From Psilocybe cubensis (Eukaryota), in the NCBI GenBank assembly GCA_017499595.2, contig CM038998.1, positions 4,278,001-4,342,000 of the forward strand: DNA of 64,000 nucleotides, written 5' to 3'. Of this stretch, positions 30,449-43,232 are shown one piece after another. The notes below the pieces were generated by a model. It had not been told where the DNA came from and did not search any database. It saw only the letters and a program-made list of their open reading frames with translations. A program made the position numbers and the translations under genes. The stretch's first letter is position 1. Each line of letters opens with the position of its first letter.

Positions 30449-33400
30449 CCTACCCCACTCACACGGACAGGGAGTAAGCCCGCTTGATGGGCTCGCGCTC
30501 TCGAGCTTTGAGAGGATGTCGATTGGGAGTGGGGGTGTGTCGCCTTTGATGGGTCAGGTGCATGGTTCTGTTCCTGTGCAGGGCAGTTCGCAAGTTAAGG
30601 GCCCGGCGGTGCGTCGTTCGCAGCAGGCGCAAGTACCTGTCAATGTGAACGCGCTGCCGCAGCTCTCGACGGCGTATTCGTATAATGTTGCGGATGATGA
30701 GCGCAGGGGGCGTGGGCAGGTTAGTCTCTTTCTTCTTCTTCACATTTTTTTTGGATGTGGACATTCGCTAACCATCTCTGTTCTACACTCTACACTACAC
30801 CCCCGAAAAAACAAAAACAAATACAAATACAGCCGCTCTACTTCTACGCACTCGCATGCTCGCCCGTTAAGCAGCAGGAGTACGAGTATGGGTATGCGAG
30901 CCATGTGCATTCGGCGTGTAATTCTGCGGCGCCGTCGCCTACCCCTGCGTCTGCGTCTGCGGGGGCTGGGGAGGTGAGGCAGGATAGTATGCTTTCGGAG
31001 GAGCAGGAGCAGGCGTATGCGGATGCTGAGGAGAGGGAGCGTGAGAGGGAGCGTGAGAGGGAAAGGATGAGAGAGAGGGAGTATGAGAGGGAGTATGAGA
31101 GGGAGAGAGATTTGGATAGAGAGCGTGAGCGCGAGGAGTATGAGCATGAGAGGGAGAGGGAGAGGGAGAGGGAGAGGGAGAGGCGCGCACGGGAGCGCGA
31201 GGAGGCTGCGCTGGAAGAAGCTGAAGCGCGTCGCGTGCAGTATGCACAGGAGCATAATCAGTACGGGTCGCACTCTCACAGTCACAGCCACACCCCCACC
31301 CACGCCCACCACACACATAACCACTCGCATTCGCACTCGCACTCGCATACGCACGGACACACACACGGACACGGACACACGCACGGACACGGACACTCGT
31401 ACGCGCACACGCAGCGCAAGGCGCGTTTGCGGTATCACCACCCGGCACCGTATACCGCTGCGTATTCGTGGGCTTCGTATGCGGATATGAACGCGCCGCC
31501 GCCGCCGCCTGCGCCTGTGTATGTTTCGTCGGCGGCGGTGTCGCCTGTTGGTGGGGTGCTTGTGCATCATCATCATCAGCAGCAGCAGCATCAGCAAGGA
31601 CAGCAGCAGCAGCAAGGACAAGCGGTGGGCCCGCTGCCGCATTTCAGAGATGATGTGTGGGCGCGCCCGCCTGCGCCTGCGAGTTCTTATGTGGACGTGG
31701 ACGTGGAGGAGGAGATGGAAGCTGAAGCTGAGTCGTTGCGCGGCGATAACGATAATGAGAGCGAGAGCGAGGGCTCTTCCTCTTCTTCCTCTTCCTCTGA
31801 CGATGGCGATCGGGATGAGGATGAGGATGGCGATGAGGGTGAGGACGAGGACGAGGAGATGGAGTATGATGGATCGCCCGTGACGATTTTACGGCGGTTC
31901 CCTTCTTCCTCTGCCAAGGGCCAGACGCAGACGCAGTTGATGAAAGCCAAGACCAAGACCAAGACAAAGACAAAGACGAAGACGCTCAACACGCAAGCGT
32001 CCGTATCGTCCATCTCGTCCACTGCGACTGTCACACCCGCCTCGGCGTCGGCGTCGGCGGGGATGTATAGACCGCGCACGCCTCCGCCTACATCTTCGTT
32101 ATCCTCAATATCCTCATCCTCCTCGTCCTCCTCATCGTTGCCGCCCCCGCCCCCGCCGTCGTCGTCGTCAACATCGTCGTCGTACCATCGACACAGCCAC
32201 AGCCACAGCCACAGCCACAGCTACGCGCAGCACGGCCACGTCGAAGCGGCGCCCTTTGCGAATGCGGGTCCGCCTGGTGTGAATGTTGCGTTTACGCCTG
32301 GTGGGGGGTGTGCGGTTTATGCTGCCCCTCCACCGCCTCCTCTTCCTCTTCCTCATCATCATCATCATCATCATTCGGTGGCTGCTGCGCATGGTGGTGT
32401 TGGTGTTGGTGTTGGGCATCCGAGTTCGAGTTCGGGTTTGACGGCGAACTATGCTGCGAGCAGTAGTGGTAGTGGTGCTGGTGGTGGTGGTGGTGCTGGG
32501 TATGCGCCTGCGAGCGGGACAGGGTCGGGATATGTGTATGGTTCGACGTATGCGTCTGGGTCTGGCGCTGGGTCTACGTACAACAACGCGTACAGCAGCA
32601 GCGGCACCGGCGGCGGCGGAGGAGGAGGAGGGTATGGATACGGGTACGGCTACGGCTACGGCTACGCAACGCCTCCATCGACATCATCCGCACATCCGTC
32701 CTCTGTGCCTGGGTCTGTGTCCGCGTCCGCATCTAACAACACTCTAAGCTCCAGTGTGAGTGTGAGTGCGAATTCGACGCCGTATACCTGTCCAGGCTCG
32801 GGTGCGGGTGCGGGTACGGGGTATTATGGTACCACGCAGTCGCAGTCGCAGTATTCGTCGCCTGTGTCGTATAGTACGTTTAGTGGGGCGTCGCCTCCTG
32901 CGCCTGTTCGTGCGCCGCCTACGCCTGTTCGTGCGCCGCCTGCGCCTGCGCCTGTTCGTGCGCCGCCGCATGCTTCGGAGCCGGAGGCGTATGGGTATCA
33001 GCAGGGGTATTCGACTCAGACTCAGAGCCAGAGTCAGGGTCAGCATGCGTATGCTTCGCACTCGCACTCGCACTCGCAGTATTCGTCGCAGTCGCAGTAT
33101 TCGTCGCCGCAGCGCGTTTATGATGTCAGAGTATGAGGGGTTGATGTTATGGGTTTTCATGTTTTCATGTTGTTGACGATGATGAAGGTTATTGAAGATG
33201 AAGATTGTTGATTATTGATGATGATGAAGATGAAGATGAATGAGCACAGTACCAGCACAGAACAGACTATCTCTTTTTTCTTTTCGTTTTTGCGTTTTTA
33301 CGTTTTTACTTATTCGTTTTTTTTTTTTTTTTGGTTCGGTTCGGTTCAACGATGATACCACATCCACATCCATCCACGTCCACATCCACGTCCACGTCCA

Positions 33401-36000
33401 TGCGCATTTCTTTTCGTTTTTTTTGTCATGTCTCGTTGCATTCGCCCACATCCCACACACATTCCACATTCCAACTACCCCCGCCCCCGCCCCGCCCCCG
33501 TCCAAAAAAAAAGTACACTTTTACAGTGCAGTTTACAGTTTTTTTTTTTTTTATCTTCGTCTCTGATTTTACTGTCGTCTTTTTCATTTTTTCATTTTTC
33601 ATTTTTTCATTTTTTCATTTTTTTTCTCTGTTTTCTCTGTTTCATTTTCTCTCCTTCTCATTTCTCGCTTTTCATTTCTCGCTTTTCATTTCTCATTTCT
33701 CATTTTCTCATTTTCTCACTTTCATTTCATTTCTCATTTCTCATTTCTCATTTTTTCCTCATTACGCACTGCACTCCGCACTCTGCACTCCGCACATTAT
33801 TACAATAACAACAACCACAACATCATCATTTCGTCCATTCATCACTCACACTCATCATCCACACCGCAATTTAGTTTATTCTCAACGCATACATCGCATT
33901 ATTATTGGTATTAGTAGTAGTTAGTAGTTAGTTAGTAGTTAGTACGCATTCATACACACATTCATACACACAATCATACACATACATTCGCATTCATACA
34001 CATACATTCGCATATTGGCATATTCGCATATTGGCATATTGGCACATTCAGCTACGCACGCACGCACGCACGTATTCAAACAAACGAACAAAAACAGGCA
34101 TTTTCTCTATACTTTACATGTGTTTTGGGTGTTTTCGAGTGTGAGTGTGAGTGTGAGTGTGCGTGTGAGTGTGAGTTCAGTGTGGTGCGGTCACGTAACT
34201 GTAAGCACCAACTCCTATTTGACAACGCGATCACGTGTCCGTGTCGCCCAACTCGTATTTGAATCGACGCGTTCGACGCGTTTTTTTGGTGTCGTGTGTG
34301 TGTTCCTTTTGGTCTTATTACATGCAATTTGAGTGTGGTTTTACGGATGGGATATATATGTGTTTGTATGTATGGATGGATGTGTGGATGTGTGGATGTG
34401 TGGTTTGATGGAGGTATATAATTTTGAGGGGGGAGAGGTGTTGCGATGTTGCGAGTGTGTCTTATGAAGCTGATTTGTGCACGTGAGGTGCGTGGGTGAT
34501 GCGACGCGCGTCGCGCGTCGCGTTTGCTGATGCGCGTCTTTTGTGGAGGGGAGAGGAGGGGGGGGGGGTTCTGATTTTGGGAGTTCGTGCTGGAAATCAA
34601 GTTGAATTAAATTGGTGTGGATCGTGATTAATTGGCGGGAGGGAGGGAGGGTGTCACGGACTCGTATTCAGATAACGACTCAGACTAGTGAGTGCTACAC
34701 TGAGTTTTTCAAATTTGAAGGGTTCTTGTTGACGCTTTTTGAACAGTAGCTTGAAACTCGGACATGCCAGCGCGAGAGCGAGAGCGGTGTCTTGGTGTCT
34801 TGGTGTTGGTCGTTCACTTATAATTACGATTTGTAGCTTAGGATTACGCCGGTTGCGGTCACATCCATAGCCATAACCATAACCATAACTATATCCATAA
34901 CCAGACTAGCTATCAAAGACAGAGAATCCCAGTCACGCTCATATTGTAGTGTTACTGTAAGATCTGTGTTTGCGTCTCTGTGTGTGTGTGTGCGAGTGTG
35001 TGCGAGTAGGACTTGGCGAACTGTGTTCGGTTCTGGTAACGAATCTCTGCTTGAAGTTCGGAGAAGCGGGTGCTGGGTGCTGGGTGCTGGCGTTTGGCTC
35101 GATGTGGGAGCTCGAGTACGCGGTATACTTACAGTGCTTCCGGAGTCAAGAGTCCGTCGTGACTCGTGCAGTGCGTGCTTCGTTCGTTCGTTCGTCCGTT
35201 CGTCCATCCGTCAGCGTCGAGATTCGTGCTTTGCTTGGGACATGGACATGTGTAAGCGTCAGCGTCTTCGGGCCTGGAGCATGGAGCCTTGAACGGGAAA
35301 CGAGACACGGGACTGGGTCTTCGATGCGGGATGGGTTGCGTTAAAGTTGAACGTTGAACGTTGAACGTTGAGCGCTGATTAGATTTGGATTTGCCAGTTA
35401 TTGAGATGATGAGCCTGGCCTGGGCGCCGCTCGGTGGGGACTGCGCGGTGGGATGATACTCGGAATGCTGATACAATGCTGATACCAAGGTAACACGCAA
35501 ACGCGTTTGTGAATCCTCCTGACGCGCCTTACACTTTGTTGGTAAATTGCCAGTAGCAAACAGGAGCCGACAAGTTTAAGCCGCGTTAGTCGCGTTGTGA
35601 AGTTGTGCTAATCCAATGTACCGTTGGAGCTGAATGGATTCGAGTTACATTGGAATGGTTCATAAGGCAGTTGCCGTTGCTGCTGCTGTGGCAGATACAC
35701 ATACTACTACTAAGTATACTGATATCACAGCGGACTTCGATGGGTGGCCACGAGAGACGGCATTGCTCATTTAGTCAGAAACGTACAATACAAGGAAGGC
35801 GACAAACGGCGCATAAACAGCATGGCGGATGCTAGCCAAGTACGCTCTGAATTAAACGCTCAAGATTGCTTTTAGCAAACGCAAATGCAAACGCGAAGGG
35901 CACTCGCGAAGTCGAGTCGAGTTGACGCGGAGACAAATAGGGATAGGGATAGGGATGGAACGAGGAGGATGTGGATGTGTCTTATCTATGGAAATAGGAC
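22240..36000. repeat. Microsatellite-dense island spanning the cyclin locus
   Basis: Dozens of short tandem repeats, e.g. (GGATA)n ~23481, (AAAGT)n ~23674-23700, (GTT)13 27081-27120, (CCTGGA)8 27739-27786, (GAGAGG)n, (TTTCTCA)n ~33650-33750. Confidence 0.9.
25997..33136 (+). CDS. Pho80/Pcl/Clg1-family cyclin-like protein, ~2,208 aa, mostly low-complexity; exons 25997-27053, 27371-28916, 29000-30719, 30833-33136
   Basis: Cyclin box split by intron 2: FIAEKTCEMICYLWF ... FIQFMQKLLETTQVSQSVIVLSLHYIYRLK..GSEFRIAVAGLMMGNKFLD|DNTYTNKTWSEVSGIELDEINRMEREFLTGVDFNLYV; the three GT-AG introns keep one frame (6,627 nt). Confidence 0.85.
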
Positions 36001-36198
36001 GTCAGCTGGAAGAAGATGCGAAGCGCCGCTGAGAGTCGAAGGTTTTTGAAAGGCGGCAGCTCTGTTGCCTAGCAGTAGTGAGCGGATTTAGTGTCCCGCT
36101 GGGTCTCAAGCTCAAGAGTCAGCCCACCCACACCAGTGTACTGCACATGCGCCTCGAAAAGGGCATTCGGTTAAAGCTGGTCCGAGTCATGGTCAGCA

Positions 36199-36274
36199 GC
36201 CAGCTCATGTCCGCGCGAGGGATACTATCAGACAGCGCCAGCTCATGTCCGCGCGAGGGATACTATCAGACAGC
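36199..36274. repeat. Perfect 38-bp tandem duplication
   Basis: gccagctcatgtccgcgcgagggatactatcagacagc at 36199-36236 and 36237-36274. Confidence 0.95.
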
Positions 36275-39200
36275 CTAGTCCCAGTACCGGCAGTACTCCT
36301 TAACTTTGGGGTCTGTGCCGCTAAGAAAAAGGAAACTCGGTGGAAGCAAAGCATGTTAGCGTTATTGCCGGGAAAGAACTTCGAGCTTCGCCCCCTCAAA
36401 ATTCAAGCTTCAGCATTCAACGTACAAAGTCCAATCCCACAGCGGAAGCTCAGGAGAAACGGCAATCTCCTGGTCGCTTCGACGTAAATCACCCTGCCCT
36501 GCCCAAGTACATAGGAGATCAAGAGCTACGCGGGATGCGATTCAGAACCCTTATTTGTGTTCAGGCTATACCGTTAGAGGTGAGTTGCACTTGGAAGCCT
36601 TCACCTAAATTCAACCAACGCTGATAATGATGGTGACGGTGATGATGGGTCCACCCGTGGGCACGCATGTGCGACTGGTGACAGGCTGCGGGCTTAGGAC
36701 GACTTGGACTTCGGACGATAGCGGCAAACGTTTGGCTCGTCTCCGCGTTTGCGGATAAGTAAAAAGTATCATTAAGATTGTTTTGCACCGCTGGGTGCAT
36801 GCAAGTTACGAATGGTGCACCGTCTCCATGATGATCATCTGCGTTGCCGTCTCGCTCAGGTCGCTGAAAGCCTGAAACCCACAAACCCAGGTGGAAGGAA
36901 TTATGAATATAACCGACCCCAATGACCACGTCGGATTTGGGAAGATGTAGTGGAAAGCGGATGTTTGGGGTGTCGAGGTTTGGGTCTTTCCGTCAATACC
37001 GTTGGTTCATGTTGGTGGATAGGGTGAAAGTATGCGGTCCGATGAATCTCCCGCAAAACTCGGAGAAATACTACTTACGAGTGATATATCGATACTCTGT
37101 GAAACTCCCCGTCAAAACAATTACTTGCTCTCAGGCTCTCGCGTATCTCGTACATACCATCCCGGATCCGCACACCTTCAACCGCTCAATATTCAATATT
37201 TTATGTTATGACATCGCGCTGCCGCGTTGCGTGTTTGTTGTCTCTCAGTGTTTTATGGTACACTCTCATTCAGGACTCATCAGAGATTCAGGGCACATTG
37301 CCAGCCAGCCAGCCATCCCGAAAATATTTTATTGAATGCGCATCTCGTTATCTGACATTTGACTTCGCATAGCACAGAAAAGTAGTCTCCGTGACTTGGG
37401 GTGTGATTTTCCAGAGTCGGAGAATCACAGAGGTCCCGACCCTGTGCTGCAACTCGTGGTGCAGCAACAGAAAACAGAAAACAGAACGCCGAAGGCCGAA
37501 CGTCGAATAATTGAACAAGGGCCAGTCATGTACCTAGAACGAAGCGGAGGAATGGAGATGCGAGCCAGCCACCAACGGTCAATCAGGTCAATCCACCGTC
37601 AGATACCGGCGCATCTGGATTGTGAAAATGGATATGGTATATTGTATCATGAGTCATGCATCACGCTCGACCCAGTTGGAGGTCGGACTCCGGAGGGGCG
37701 TTTCGGTGAATATAATGGATCATATTATATCATATCGTATCGTATAGATCAGCCTGAAAAAGGAGAGCATGACAATTTGATAGAGAGGCTTGAGTTTCTT
37801 GAGTCTTGACTTATGCGCGCGCGCGGCGCATTACTGGCATGCCAGGCGTTTGCGCCAAATGAGGCGCTTGTGGTGGCGCAAGCACCCGGCGTTGGCTTGC
37901 ACCCATTTGAAAACCGGGTTTGCCGTGCAAGAAAAAAAAAAGCAATTTCCTAGCGAAAACGAGGCCCTGGGGTCATCTTGCCACACAATACATAGTATCT
38001 ATCATACATATGATTGAGAAAAACAAAATTGTTGGTCCGAAGGATTCGTACGCTATGCTATGCTATACGCCATCCGTATCACAGCATATGACTTGCTTAG
38101 GATCCGGTGACGAAATCGGATTTGGCAGATATTTGAAGGTGATTCCTTCCGAGCATCTCCCTCCCATTCAAGTTTCAAGCTTCAAGCCCCATTCATCGCA
38201 CTGTTGTAAATTAATCATTGTACAACGACTCTCTACAGATGGATATGGAAGATAAAATCGCTATGTTGGAAATTCGTAGTCTCGTCCGGTAACCGGCCTA
38301 TAAAAAATTTTTAATCATTGAAAGATTAATTCAGAAGACCCTCCGAATCCGCTTTGAAAAATGCAATCAAACCTCCTCTTCACTTCTCAGACGGGTTATG
38401 AAGGCTGAGTACGAGTTCCGAATCAGCGGCAACCAAGCGCACAGTTGTCAAAAAACCCGAACCTGAAAGCTGCATGTGTAAAAATTTTGAGAACTTAATT
38501 CAAGAGTGCCTTCTGTGGGGTCTCAATGCAACGACGCCTGGGTCTTCAAGCTTCAAGTCGCTTCTTATTTTCATGTACGTAGTTTTGCTTTACACAAATT
38601 CTTATATCTTACGTCTGGGGTTATTTGAAAAAAATTACAGGAGGCTGTCAGGACAGGGACATACAAGGAGCAGGCTTTACGCATTAACGGAATGATCATC
38701 CACTTGCCCGAGCACTCGATTCATTGACCCACATGAGCCTCATCCTCTTTTGAGCCTCATCACGCGTGTATCAGTGCCTGCTTAAAGCTCCTAAATATCC
38801 CGTTTTTACATTCTCCCTGTCTGCGCTTAAACAAAAGGGATGACTATGTATGGACAATCCGTACGCCCAGGAGGGAACTCCTCCAGCCATCTAGTCATGA
38901 TAGATGATTCATCATCATCGATTCTATACGATTGTCCGTCCAAAAGCTTCCACCAGCCTTCCACCCCACCCCGGAAAAAATGCGCGCGACTTTTTTTTTT
39001 TTTTGGACAACTTAGTGCCACTTGACTACGCACCACGGAGCAAAAGCGTTAAGCGCCGCCCTCGCGATCGCAGCATGATCAATGCATTGCATTATAGTTT
39101 GAGTAAAATTGGTATCACGCTGAAATTGCTTTGTTGTTGTGCGTGCTCCAATATGCGAGCAACATGTACGCGGATCGCTTGTCCAATTTTGTTAATTTTT

Positions 39201-42200
39201 GGACCCTTACTCTTACCAAAACGCCCTTTACCTACATATGAGCCGCTATGAGAAGCCAAGCCGAGTGGTGGTAAAGACATTCGGCGTTCTGCTGCAGCGG
39301 ATTCGGAGCGGTGCATGCGTGCTTGGTGGCATGATGCCATGGTAGAGCGGCTGCCAACCGCGCGCCTGGCCTGGAGGCCCACACTAGTCAATTAGCTCCT
39401 AACACTACGTATGTATACGTAGCACGTAGCAGCCCTCAGCGCCCCCAAAAACTGAACTAAATCCATCTGTCGGCGGTCGCGTGCGCGAGCTGATTTTCCA
39501 TGGATCCCGCTTATTTTTTTCTTCTCGGCCCTGAGTGAGTTGGTAAGGCCCTGAAAATTGAAAGGGATGAAAAAGAGAGGCAGGGATCAATCCCGCCGCT
39601 AACTATAACAAAACCCGTGCAATTTCTATTTCCCGGAGCATGTGACCGGAGAGTCAGTGATTTTAGTATTTACCCAGCTAAATTCAGAGGCTTGAAAAGT
39701 TGGGACGCGAACGCCGAGCAGACGGCTGTCTGATGAACCAGGGAAGAGGGTTGTAGTAAATCTCGTGAAGTTGTAGTCCAATTGTAGCTATGTAAGGAAA
39801 AGAAATTATAGTTTGGGTTACGTTAATGTATCGAAACGGGTAGATAGGGTAGGGTTAATCAATCACTTCATGGTGGATGTAACAGGCTCAGCAGTAAAGC
39901 CATCCATGACATAATTGAGCCGAACCGCTGCTAACCCGTTAGGTGCGGCGACGGCGGCAATAAGAGTTAACATATATTTAATATGTCCCTAATATAGTTA
40001 TCTACACGAAATTTGCATTGGCATGAGGTTCGGTTTGAATTTGGTCCCGGCGGAGCGACGGCAATTGTGCATGTCGGAATTGTCATACCTGATGGTACCT
40101 CCGATGAGCTGATCCGGCTGTTGTGACTTGTAAAGGGGGTCTTTAATGGTCACAGGTAAATCCACGCGAGCGTGACTGTCTTCCTAAACTGCCATTCGGA
40201 GTATTACATGGACACGCGAACCGAACCAGGGAGACTAAACTCGTCACTGTCGGATTATCTGTCAAAGTAAAGAGCCGGCTAAGATCTGAGGTTAAATATA
40301 AGAAAATTTAACGTTTAGTTTTCATCGGGAACAGGGAAAGATTTTGTCGATTTAGGAAGACTGGGCCTTCGCAGACACCACACACGCTGGCGCGGTGTAT
40401 CATTTTGTGTCATGTACGTATATGGCACTGGTCGTTGGCGGTAACTATCGGTGGCGATGACATGCCGCACTCACGTAGCATCATCAATACCTCTGGGTCA
40501 TGAATGACCCACTATACTGTCGATATTTGCACGGTTCCTGTTCTTTACGCCAAATGCCCAACCAACCCTCTTCGGGAGAATTCCAAGTATCAATGGCAGT
40601 TGGTTACTTTTATCTGCATACAATTTACACGATCTGATGGAGTGGTGTCTACTCATCATGACAATACGTATATTGGTGTCAAGAACTGAGGTAACAATGG
40701 GGTATGTTTATGAGGGTTGCTTTGATCAATCTCATTAGGCGTAGTTCTCGCGAATTTTTCCAGGGTCGTGTTAACACTGGCTCCGAATCGACGTTTCCCT
40801 CCAGAATCCGGAAGAGTTACACGTAGATGCAATTGACACACGCCCCAGTTCGCTCTCTCAGGAGAATGCGAACACCGCATCCATGCAAACCCTCAGAGGG
40901 GAGTAACATGTGATGGTACACTATTTCGTTTCTGTCATTGTCCAATATTCGCATAATAATGGCTCGAACATGGGCCGGAGAAGACACGGATGGTTTTGGA
41001 TAATATCCATTAAGGGATGCACCCTTTAAATTGTCAGGGTGGTAGAGTTTGGGTCCCGCGTCGAGCATGGAGAGTCCATAAGGATCTTAAGCAACTGTAT
41101 TCATGGAATAATAAGGAGACCTTTCACGGGAAAACTTTAGAGAATGCATACTTGCTGCTGGCGAATGATGGTTCATCCGCGGTGCAGCGCGCGCCACCAT
41201 TCACTCAGGACCCTCGTTAATTCAAAATCTAGTTTGATAAATGGGGTCGAAGGGAACTGGTGAAAACATGTATTCATCAGTCATTTGAAGAAGCGGAGGG
41301 GAGAACAATCTAAACGATTTGATGTGTCTTGACTTATGCATGGGGCGTTCATCTTGCAAAACTGTAAATATGGATGCGCAGCAACCAATATTGGGCGATC
41401 TGTGGTTTCATTCTGTCCGCACGCGGTAAATAGTATCAAATGCAAAAAGGGCCAAAAGATGTGATTGTGATGCAATTACCCACTGCACTTAGTTGGAAAT
41501 TTCGTTCCGGGCCAATGACAACCATGATTGTTGTTGGATGCTGGATAATGCTTACTGAACTTATTCAGATTTATTGACGACAATAGCCTACAATGGAGTA
41601 GTACCCAGATATTCTTGAAATCTATTTATGCAATTGCACGAATGTAGTTGCTCACCATTTGTGGCTCGAAGGGGTTGAGATACCCGCCCACCCAACAAGG
41701 CCAAGGGACGCGGGCTGAGAAAAAAATAGAGGGTAGAAAGTCTTGTAGATCCTGACTAAAGGGCGCTTTCATTATGAAATTCATAATTATCGAAGCTGAG
41801 CAACCCCAAAAGTTAGATCTGGAGAGAAGGTTGACACTGTGTGAGGCAGACCGAAGACACCTGCTAAAGCGATTTAGCTGGGCAAAAAGCTTGCGCATCG
41901 GAATAGGGAACCGGTAGCGACCATTTCTGGGATCCTGCCAAAGCGTGACACGAACAACTTAGAACGGGGCGATAGTCCTTGGAATTAACATGCTTCAGGA
42001 AGCGGGCGGACGTTGTCGATGCTTGTCACATGCAGAAACGAGTGCCTAGAATTTTTGATATGAAAGAGAGCTTGGAATTTCCCGACATGACAGGAAGAAA
42101 GGACGAAATCAGAGGAAAACGTGTCGAACGGCACGGCACCAGAGGTTTATAACCAAGAAGGGTATGACGTGCCATAGGCCCCGTCGCCGAGCCTTCGAGG

Positions 42201-42288
42201 CTCGAGCCACAACAAAACGTAGTGTCGCCTCCCAGACCTCATGGGCAATATGAATTTGGACAGGGATATCCACACTAGGAAGTACAGA

Positions 42289-42947
42289 CTACACTGAAGG
42301 ATCTGAAGGATTCTCAGTCTGCATTTCCGACCCTATTTTAGGTTGTGACCGCAACCGTGCTTCTTCAGCACGTAACTTGGCCATTGCAGTATCTCGGAAA
42401 GCCTGTGACGAATGATTGTGAGAAATGGGTGTGAGTGCGGAATAAAAATTAAAAATAAGAATAGTCTTGGTTCTCCAAGACCGTCGTTCCTGGTAGGTAT
42501 ATGCAAAAAAAAGTCCAGCGAAATAGGGACTTACCTGGGTGAACAAAACCCCAGAAAGAACACCGCTCACTAGAAATAAATGGGGGTAAAAGATAGGCCT
42601 ACTTGCACGGCTCGAATGGATGCTCACAGACGCCACATAGAAGGGTAGCGTTCCTTTTGAGACCGAACAGTCGTTGTCCGATAACCGCTGTTAAAGGATA
42701 GAAGGTTATACCACACACATTCATAACTAGATTGACAAAGATTCTCGCCTGAAGCTAACCCGGAAGTAAGTCCTGCAAAGATGCCTTCTTTTCTGGCCTC
42801 CTAGAAGACATGAACAATATGGGTTAATAACTCGGACCGAAGCTAATTGGTCCGAAAACAGCATGAATAGTATGTTTTACCCACCAGCTTGACAGTCTCG
42901 ATAGCTTCAGGAGAAATTCCACCGCTACTCGTCATCGGAGAGTCCAT
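42289..42947 (-). CDS. Small (~105 aa) putative two-TM membrane protein, 5 exons
   Basis: Spliced reading MDSPMTSSGGISPEAIETVKL|EARKEGIFAGLTSGLASA|VIGQRLFGLKRNATLLCGVL|SGVLSGVLFTQ|AFRDTAMAKLRAEEARLRSQ...PSV*; canonical splice sites plus one GC donor. Confidence 0.65.
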
Positions 42948-43232
42948 ATCGCTCGTACAAATACCTTCCAAAGCCACGTATATTCCGAACCAAGTGTAGA
43001 CCAAGACACGTATTTGAGCTAGAGGAGTTGAAGAACAGAGTTGGGACGATGGCTTCTTGAACTGAATGTCGTGTCTGGGACGATCACGTGTGCGATAGTA
43101 ACAGAGTGTGACATCTACGTAATCTTTTTTTGTTGATCCGTGTATGCAGGCGACGAGCGAGCTGGCTTCGTTCCTTTATTCTACCACTACAGTCGTTACT
43201 CACTCGGCCCCAATAACGAATTCCCATTACAA

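Noticed and set aside
26067-35500. Numerous long overlapping or antisense ORFs (poly-R, poly-L, F-rich)
   Set aside because: Shadow frames of tri/hexanucleotide repeats; no domain content.
36199-36274. 38-bp direct repeat as CRISPR-like
   Set aside because: Two abutting copies without spacer in a eukaryotic genome; simple tandem duplication.
20841-38557. Recurring (TTCAAGC)2-3 words at ~20848, ~36402, ~38167, ~38544
   Set aside because: Short slippage-type heptamers; no evidence of enrichment beyond chance without a genome-wide count.
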